DNA from: Auanema rhodensis | Taxonomy: Eukaryota > Animalia > Nematoda | Direction of reading: 5' to 3' | Assembly: GCA_964057225.1 (NCBI GenBank) | Contig: OZ059894.1 | Span: 11,160,001-11,224,000 of the forward strand | DNA: 64,000 bases | Shown: positions 56,930 to 64,000 of the stretch, one piece after another | Numbering within the stretch: the first letter of the stretch is position 1 | Layout of the letters: each line of letters starts with the position of its first letter | Translations under genes and position numbers: made by a program | Notes under the pieces: generated by a model | What the model was told of the DNA's origin: nothing | The model's input: only the letters and a program-made list of their open reading frames with translations | Database searches by the model: none

Positions 56930-59900
56930 ATGGTTTATTGAATAACTAATGTTATGAAACAATAAATAACCAATAAAAAAGAGCCCAGAATCGGGGAGAC
57001 GGTATTACCAGTACAACTTAAAACAGCAAGTGATTAAAAAGTACAAAATAAAACACATTACCAACAGAGGCTAAAACGACTCAAGAGTCGGGGGAGTGGG
57101 TTAAAAAAAGTAATGAATAACAAAAAAAATGAATAATAAAGCAGAACAGTGAAAAGTAAATATCAAGTGCCGCTATGATCAAACAATTTGAGTGCCTACG
57201 GCAATGGTGTTAAAAATAAACAACAAAATACATGTACCAATGAAGGTCAGAAAGAGAGAAAGAAAAAAGACAAAAATAAGTAATACAAAAAGTAAAAAAT
57301 ATATTACAATCAAATCACAAACAAGTCAATGGATAATTTCTTCTTCATACTGCCTTACACCAGAAACATGTTCCACGTAGATATTCCTGGCCCACTTGAT
57401 GGTATCGGCGACGACGAGCTTCTCCATTAGCCGGTTGTAGTGGCTGCTGATCTTGAGTGATCGGAGGGCTTGTACGTTGAGCGGGTCCATAGTTCCAAGC
57501 ATTCCTACGACATACGCTTCTACACTAGTCTTATAACCAAGACATTGGTATTGGCTGGCTATGTCAGCATATTTCCTCTCCTTTATCATACGCGCGGCTA
57601 TCATGGCTTGTCGGCGGTTTTCATAGCTCACTGTAACATCAACGATACTACAGTGTTTTGCGTCATGATCGACCACTACTATGTCAGGTCGGAGTGTACT
57701 ATTAATGCCAGGAAGAGGCTGGTTAGTGTAAACTTCTCCGTTTTTAGGCTCTGGCAGGGCTTTGATAAGACGGTCCACGATGTTGTTGTGGCGGAGTTGG
57801 ATTGCTCTCGTGTGAAAGTGGCAGTGTCCAAGAACATGTGCAGCAGTTTCGTTGGGGTAACTACACCTGCGGCACTGTTTGTTTCCTTCTCCGTGTCTTC
57901 TACAGCCATTGAGCTGGAGAGTATTAAGTCGAGCCTTGTGGATGAATCGCCAATCAGCAAACCGTATGAAATCTCCCTTCGCCATAAAGTGATTGGACGC
58001 TTTGTTGAGCATTGTGACATCAAAGACTTTCCCTTGATCCGGTTTTTGAAGAAGGATCCGAAGGTCTTTCAGCCATAATGCACGTCGCAGGCTTCTGTGG
58101 CATAGTGAAGGTGTTAACAGTTGGTTGTTTAGATTGAGTTCTAAACCACTTTCGAGGCATGTCCAGTTAGCGTTGATGAGTTTCTTGAGTTGACGCATCG
58201 CTACTCTTACTCTAGTCCAGATGGAGGAAACATCAGATGTTTCGGTGTCGAAAATGCCATCAACGGAACCGTTGTAATATGCAGCTGTCTCATCGTTACT
58301 GGCTTGACGTTTAATCCTTTTTGATGCTACTTTTATTGAGTCTTGATGCGCAATATCAGCTACTACAAGATCAGATGACTTCAAAAGTTGGTAGGCATGA
58401 GTGACTTCACAGACGTCTGACAGGTGTTGGAGTCGAGAGAGACCAAGTCCGCCGTAGTTAGTTGGCAGGTAGATTGGTTCAGCACTGGCGTTTGGAGGAT
58501 AGTGCATCCATCTACGGGCACAGCGTTTGAGTTCTTTGTCAAAGGCGACTAGTTTACTCTTTGGGACGTGGCCATTCGTCATATGAAAATTAAGGCAGGG
58601 CATCAGGAAGGTGCGTACTGCGTCAGCTTTCTGCCATTCAGCCAGTAAGGATTTGTCAATTTTTTCCAAGTGTTGACTCATGATATTCACTGTTGGAACC
58701 GCAGACTTATGTAAATGCATTCCAGTAGGGATTCCCAGGTGGGAGTAGCTGTCAAATTTGCTGAGAGCGGGTAGAAAGCAGCTCTGAAGCATGTATGAGG
58801 CTGTTGATATTTTCCCTTTGTCGATCGTCAAAGTGGCGCATTTCGCTGGTTTGAAGGTCAAGCCTGTGAAATTAGCCGCATTTGATGCTGCGTCCAACAT
58901 TTTCTGTAGATCTTCTGATGATGAGGAGACCAGGGCAAGGTCATCGGCGTACGCTAGCACAGCGATGTTGTGATTGTGTAGCTTATAGCCTGTAGAGGTT
59001 TCCAAGATGGTTTTAATTAGAGGTTCAATGGCAAGGTTGAACAGGATCGGAGATAGTGGGGATCCTTGTAACACACCTGCGTGAACTGGAATGGTCGAAG
59101 TGAGTCCGGAGCCTGTCTGGATTCTTGTAGAGGCATCTGTGTATAGAGCTCGTACTCGGGATATTGAGGCTTCAGCCATTCCTGACCATCTTAGAACGTC
59201 TAGCAGAGTTTCGTGTGGCAGCGATCCAAAAGCGTTTGCGAGATCAAGCCAAGCAATTGCAATTTTCTCACGTTTACGTTTAGCGTCTGCAATGGTACTT
59301 TGCAACAAAAAGTTGTGTTCCATGCATCCAGCTTTGGCCACAAAGCCCTTTTGGGAGGGAGAAAGTCTTTTTTCTGCTCTTGCCCATGTTAGCAGTCGAT
59401 GCGTAAGACAAGCTGAGTACGTCTTACCAATTGTGCACGAAAGTGCTATTGGTCGCCAGTTGTTAATGTCAGCTTTATCACCTTTCTTATGGATGAGGAC
59501 GGTGGTCGACTCTTTCCAGGAAAAAGGGATGTGTCCTAGCTTGTGTACGGTGTTAAATATCGCTGCTAATATGTGACCTCCTTGGTCAAATTTCTTCCAG
59601 TGCGAGTATCGAAGTCCATCAGCTCCTGGAGCCGTATCGCTGCAACGTCGTATGCGTTCCCAGACTTCCAAAGGGGTGAAAACACCTTCTAATGGGTCGG
59701 TACTAGTTGGCAAATCCGGTCTGGTGACTGTGATGGGGAGGGCTGGGCCTTGACTGCTGTGAACAGAAAGGAAGTGTTTTTCAACATCTGCAGATGGTAT
59801 GGTGCAGGTTTCACTTTGTTCTCCGAGCAGTTGTCGAAAGGCTTTCTTCTTGTTGGCCCTCCAAAGCTTCTGGATCTTCATCGCCTGGGTTTTTTGGTCT

Positions 59901-60656
59901 TCCTCAGGTTGTGTGTGTGGTCGGCGCCTTTGTCGGAAGTTGGGAACTTTGATCATAATGTCAAGAGACTTTCTGATTGTGTCTACCAACTCTTCCAGGA
60001 CCTGCTCGAGCTCACTTTTGCACACTACCTTTTTAATTCTATCCACCCAAATATTTTCAGAGTTTCTATTCGGATCAGGGTCGGCAAAAGATGGTTCTGT
60101 ACTCGGAACCCTGATCTCGTTGAATATTTCACTCTCTCGCGGAAGGGGGGAAACTTCGGCCTCTGGGGACAAGTCCAGAATTGGGGCCTCAAATAAGCGT
60201 ACCGTTGATGGAGATCCTTGTTCCTGTCCACTGGATGATGTTTCCTCCATTGTACGCTCCTCCACGGGCGGGGTGGTCGTCCTTGTGCCTGGTGGGCGGG
60301 TGTTCCTGATCCTCCGCAATATAGGGCGGGAACTGGGCTCTCTCGGAGATAGAGGTGAGATCACCACAGTTTCCTCTATGATGCGGAGGCATCCTTCAGC
60401 TTTTTTCTGATGGCTTTTAACGGCCTTCAGATTGCTGGTGAGGCCACAGGCACGGCACTCAAATTCTACTCCGACCTCATGTTCTCTCCGAAGATGGCGG
60501 ACGAGACCATTGTGGTCTGAGTAGGATCGCGGAATAGGAGCGCAGATTGAACAAGAAAAAGGGCTCTGAAGAGGCACCTTTAGCTTGTAAAGCCCTTGCT
60601 CCATCTCTAGCAGATCTAAAGACTTACGTAGTACAGTTGCAATATCGATTTAGCCA
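56930..60656 (-). mobile_element. Utopia-like element, full length
   Basis: Same structure as 15924-19650. Confidence 0.95.
57326..60604 (-). CDS. ZnF-RT-RLE polyprotein (1092 aa)
   Basis: Motifs as in 16320-19598. Confidence 0.96.
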   Translation of the reverse strand: MEQGLYKLKVPLQSPFSCSICAPIPRSYSDHNGLVRHLRREHEVGVEFECRACGLTSNLKAVKSHQKKAEGCLRIIEETVVISPLSPREPSSRPILRRIRNTRPPGTRTTTPPVEERTMEETSSSGQEQGSPSTVRLFEAPILDLSPEAEVSPLPRESEIFNEIRVPSTEPSFADPDPNRNSENIWVDRIKKVVCKSELEQVLEELVDTIRKSLDIMIKVPNFRQRRRPHTQPEEDQKTQAMKIQKLWRANKKKAFRQLLGEQSETCTIPSADVEKHFLSVHSSQGPALPITVTRPDLPTSTDPLEGVFTPLEVWERIRRCSDTAPGADGLRYSHWKKFDQGGHILAAIFNTVHKLGHIPFSWKESTTVLIHKKGDKADINNWRPIALSCTIGKTYSACLTHRLLTWARAEKRLSPSQKGFVAKAGCMEHNFLLQSTIADAKRKREKIAIAWLDLANAFGSLPHETLLDVLRWSGMAEASISRVRALYTDASTRIQTGSGLTSTIPVHAGVLQGSPLSPILFNLAIEPLIKTILETSTGYKLHNHNIAVLAYADDLALVSSSSEDLQKMLDAASNAANFTGLTFKPAKCATLTIDKGKISTASYMLQSCFLPALSKFDSYSHLGIPTGMHLHKSAVPTVNIMSQHLEKIDKSLLAEWQKADAVRTFLMPCLNFHMTNGHVPKSKLVAFDKELKRCARRWMHYPPNASAEPIYLPTNYGGLGLSRLQHLSDVCEVTHAYQLLKSSDLVVADIAHQDSIKVASKRIKRQASNDETAAYYNGSVDGIFDTETSDVSSIWTRVRVAMRQLKKLINANWTCLESGLELNLNNQLLTPSLCHRSLRRALWLKDLRILLQKPDQGKVFDVTMLNKASNHFMAKGDFIRFADWRFIHKARLNTLQLNGCRRHGEGNKQCRRCSYPNETAAHVLGHCHFHTRAIQLRHNNIVDRLIKALPEPKNGEVYTNQPLPGINSTLRPDIVVVDHDAKHCSIVDVTVSYENRRQAMIAARMIKERKYADIASQYQCLGYKTSVEAYVVGMLGTMDPLNVQALRSLKISSHYNRLMEKLVVADTIKWARNIYVEHVSGVRQYEEEIIH

Positions 60657-61875
60657 TTAACCTTATTGTGAACCAATGGAACACATATCGAAGGTTAATT
60701 CGATAAGAACGATTACTACACTTTGATCTTAGCCAAAAGGCCGAGAAGCGATACAGCATAGCCATGAGTATCAAAGACATCAAGCAAATGTATCGTACTT
60801 GTTACGAGTGCACTCTCTCATTTGAAACATGCATATGTATGATAGAACTTCATATTTATTGTAATAGAAAATTTTATTTTCAGACGTCTTGGTTAACAAT
60901 GATATGTTTTACCCCCTTATAATTTTTATCATAATGTTCCTTATACGGAACGCTCAATGAAACTTGCTTCCAGAAAAATTTCTTTCTATTTTTTCTTCAT
61001 ATGTACGTAGATACTATAGAGAACTATGATAGAAAACTTTAACATTCACGAAATCATCATTTCTCATTACGCTACGGAGGTTTAAAAAGCTGTGTTTTAC
61101 CTTATAATAGACCGGAAAACCCTTGTGTTAAAACTGGACCGTTTTTACACATATAAAAATGTCCCGTATTCGGGACCCTAATGTAACTTTTGATTCCCTA
61201 TATTTTTTTTCATGAAATTTACAATCTACTGTAGAAAGAAGAATTATTTTTATAAAAACTGTAAATTTTTGAAAAATGAAAACAAAACGAAAACAAAAAC
61301 AACTTTTTTTTGAACATTTTCTCACACAAGGGTCCCCCCTTACCTACTTTTTTTCTCATTACTCGTTTCAACCTCATCCGATCACTCTGCAAACATGTTT
61401 AATCGTTCTAACTTGTTGAAATACGTCTTAAAAGTCTAAACAACATGCATATGCATAATAGAAACCACCCGAATAGGCCCCCACGCACTAAACGAGATAT
61501 ATACATTACCAGTATAGTAATAGAACACATATTGAAGATTAATTCGATAAGAACAATTTATTGACGTAGAGAATGTTTGTTCCGAAAAACTACAATATTA
61601 AACTATAAAAGTAACAAAAGCGTAGAGGCAGCAAAGACATGAATAAACATAAATGTAAATACAGAATTACCAGGTAGTACATAAGTATGACAAAAAATTA
61701 TAAGAAAGCCATGAAAATAGAAGGTTTGTGAACAAATGAGAGGTACATCTTTGATCGTATAGTCATTTCTAAACCGTTCGTATGCTGCAGCATCGTCATA
61801 AGCGTCACTCAAGTTGAATTTCCATGTGTACTACACGATTTTCATTCTTATTGTTACATTCTTTCCCTGAGGGAA

Positions 61876-61905
61876 TGGGCCGTTCCCGCCAGCAGTGCAA
61901 GAGCG
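61876..61905 (-). pseudogene. U2: U2 3'-terminal fragment cut by the inversion breakpoint
   Basis: U2 sequence stops at ...CAAGAGCG and switches to reverse-complemented spacer. Confidence 0.88.
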
Positions 61906-62380
61906 AAAAAATAGAAAGAAATTTTTCTGGAAGCAAGTTTCATTGAGCGTTCCGTATAAGGAACATTATGATAAAAATTATAAGGGGGTAAAACATATCA
62001 TTGTTAACCAAGACGTCTGAAAATAAAATTTTCTATTACAATAAATATGAAGTTCTATCATACATATGCATGTTATAAAGACTTTCTAGACGTATTTCAA
62101 CGGGTTAGAACGAGTTTAAACCGAGTTATGAGGAAAAACAATGATATTTAAAAAAAAAACAACTATGTGTTGAAAAAATTTCTCTCTTGATTGGACTTTT
62201 TACTGTTGATATATATATATATATATATATATATAAACGGATACATGGCTAACCTTTAGACACATAGGTGAAAAAAAAATTTTTTTTGTTATTGTTACTG
62301 TTCCTGTTGTTTTCTTTGTGGTCGTATCTATTAACAACAAGATTTAGAGTGATATAACTGATAATGAAGAATATGACATT

Positions 62381-62499
62381 GCTTACGACCATACCACGTT
62401 GAAAGTACGCCATCCCGTCCGATCTGGCAAGTCAAGCAACGTTGGGCCCGGTTAGTACTTGGATCGGAGACGGCTTGGGAATCCCGGGTATCGTAAGCT
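62381..62499 (+). rRNA. 5S rRNA (one substitution)
   Basis: Inverted unit; GGGTATCG instead of GGGTGTCG. Confidence 0.95.
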
Positions 62500-62740
62500 T
62501 TTATATTTTATTTGAAATTTTTTGAAGAAATAAAAAAGCTTTGATAACTAAAAAAAAGTTGTTGTTAATCGAATGTTTGCTCTAATAACACGACAGAGGT
62601 AGTCTTAGATACTGTAAATAACTCGAACACTGTAAAGTTTGGGCATTTCATTTGTTACTGTTCCTGTTGTTTTCTTTGTGGTCCTAACTATTAACAACAA
62701 GATTTAGAGTGATATAACTGATAATGAAGAATATAACATT

Positions 62741-62859
62741 GCTTACGACCATACCACGTTGAAAGTACGCCATCCCGTCCGATCTGGCAAGTCAAGCAAC
62801 GTTGGGCCCGGTTAGTACTTGGATCGGAGACGGCTTGGGAATCCCGGGTGTCGTAAGCT
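62741..62859 (+). rRNA. 5S rRNA
   Basis: Inverted unit. Confidence 0.97.
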
Positions 62860-63301
62860 TTTATATTTTATTTGAAATATCTTGAAGAAATAAAAAAGCT
62901 TTGATAACTAGAAAAAGTTGTTGATTGATATGTGCTCTAATATTACAAGAGTGGTTGTTCTAGATACTGTAAGCAATACAAACACTGTAAAGTTGGGAGA
63001 TTTCATTGTATTAACCTTCTCCTAATTATTGTATAAAAATATATAAAATATTCGGAAACTTTGCAACCGTACATATAAAACTATATACAAGTATTTGAAT
63101 AAAAAGAATAGAAAAAAGTGCAGCGCTTCGAATAAGAAAAAAATAAGTCCAAAAGTTGAGTAAATCCACAGTTTATATGAGCCATTTATGACCTGTACAG
63201 TCAAGATTGTCAAACCACACTTTTATATTCAAATGAGAGAGTGCACTCGTAACAAGTACGATACATTTGCTTGATGTCTTTGATACTCATGGCTATGCTG
63301 T

Positions 63302-63397
63302 ATCGCTTCTCGGCCTTTTGGCTAAGATCAAAGTGTAGTAATCGTTCTTATCGAATTAACCTTCGATATGTGTTCCATTGGTTCACAATAAGGTTAA
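63302..63397 (+). pseudogene. U2: U2 nt 1-96 leader in front of a Utopia-like element, upstream flank intact
   Basis: ATCGCTTCTCGG...AAGGTTAA then TGGCTAAATCG. Confidence 0.92.
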
Positions 63398-64000
63398 TGG
63401 CTAAATCGATATTGCAACTGTACTACGTAAGTCTTTAGATCTGCTAGAGATGGAGCAAGGGCTTTACAAGCTAAAGGTGCCTCTTCAGAGCCCTTTTTCT
63501 TGTTCAATCTGCGCTCCTATTCCGCGATCCTACTCAGACCACAATGGTCTCGTCCGCCATCTTCGGAGAGAACATGAGGTCGGAGTAGAATTTGAGTGCC
63601 GTGCCTGTGGCCTCACCAGCAATCTGAAGGCCGTTAAAAGCCATCAGAAAAAAGCTGAAGGATGCCTCCGCATCATAGAGGAAACTGTGGTGATCTCACC
63701 TCTATCTCCGAGAGAGCCCAGTTCCCGCCCTATATTGCGGAGGATCAGGAACACCCGCCCACCAGGCACAAGGACGACCACCCCGCCCGTGGAGGAGCGT
63801 ACAATGGAGGAAACATCATCCAGTGGACAGGAACAAGGATCTCCATCAACGGTACGCTTATTTGAGGCCCCAATTCTGGACTTGTCCCCAGAGGCCGAAG
63901 TTTCCCCCCTTCCGCGAGAGAGTGAAATATTCAACGAGATCAGGGTTCCGAGTACAGAACCATCTTTTGCCGACCCTGATCCGAATAGAAACTCTGAAAA
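63398..64000 (+). mobile_element. Utopia-like element, 5' part (runs off window)
   Basis: Reverse complement of the 5' ends of the other full-length copies. Confidence 0.95.
63450..64000 (+). CDS. ZnF-RT-RLE polyprotein, N-terminal part
   Basis: ATG GAG CAA GGG CTT... = MEQGLYKLKVP... Confidence 0.92.
   Translation, partial: MEQGLYKLKVPLQSPFSCSICAPIPRSYSDHNGLVRHLRREHEVGVEFECRACGLTSNLKAVKSHQKKAEGCLRIIEETVVISPLSPREPSSRPILRRIRNTRPPGTRTTTPPVEERTMEETSSSGQEQGSPSTVRLFEAPILDLSPEAEVSPLPRESEIFNEIRVPSTEPSFADPDPNRNSE

Larger units (their letters stand above)
56783..60752 (-). pseudogene. U2: U2 interrupted by full-length Utopia (U2 38-end 56783-56929; 1-96 60657-60752)
   Basis: Junctions read directly. 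Confidence 0.92.
7204..64000. repeat. Tandem U2 snRNA/5S rRNA gene array (minimal unit 2138 bp with one 5S; each extra 5S adds about 360 bp)
   Basis: Near-identical units, e.g. U2 at 25052 and 27190 are 2138 bp apart. Orientation flips at 61906. Confidence 0.97.

Overview
Eukaryotic, AT-rich, very probably nematode DNA: the 5S rRNA is close to the C. elegans type, and there is a Cer-like BEL/Pao element and a Tc3-like transposon. From 7204 to the end, the window is a tandem array whose unit is a U2 snRNA gene, one to three 5S rRNA genes and a spacer with a (TA)n tract. It lies on the - strand until an inversion at 61905/61906. The array is heavily parasitised. Of 13 U2 loci, 8 carry insertions at the same site (U2 nt 38/39), 4 are intact and 1 is cut by the inversion. 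The inserts are 8 copies of a U2-targeting RLE-type non-LTR retrotransposon (Utopia/NeSL-like, 1092-aa ORF) and 4 copies of two non-autonomous, RT-less elements (family A about 865 bp x3, family B 784 bp x1). A and B share a conserved pseudoknot-like 5' domain and a 3' hairpin. Each full-length element has a family-specific U2 segment at its 5' end (U2 to nt 96, or to nt 79) that rebuilds the target, giving tandem stacks. Two junctions falling exactly at U2 +1 suggest the retrotransposed RNA starts at the U2 transcription start. The array unit itself contains a fixed fossil of a related insertion. Also present are an env-bearing BEL/Pao LTR element inserted in a 5S gene (1-7203) and an intact Tc3-like transposon in the (TA)n tract. 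All coordinates and alignments were done by eye; no database searches were run.
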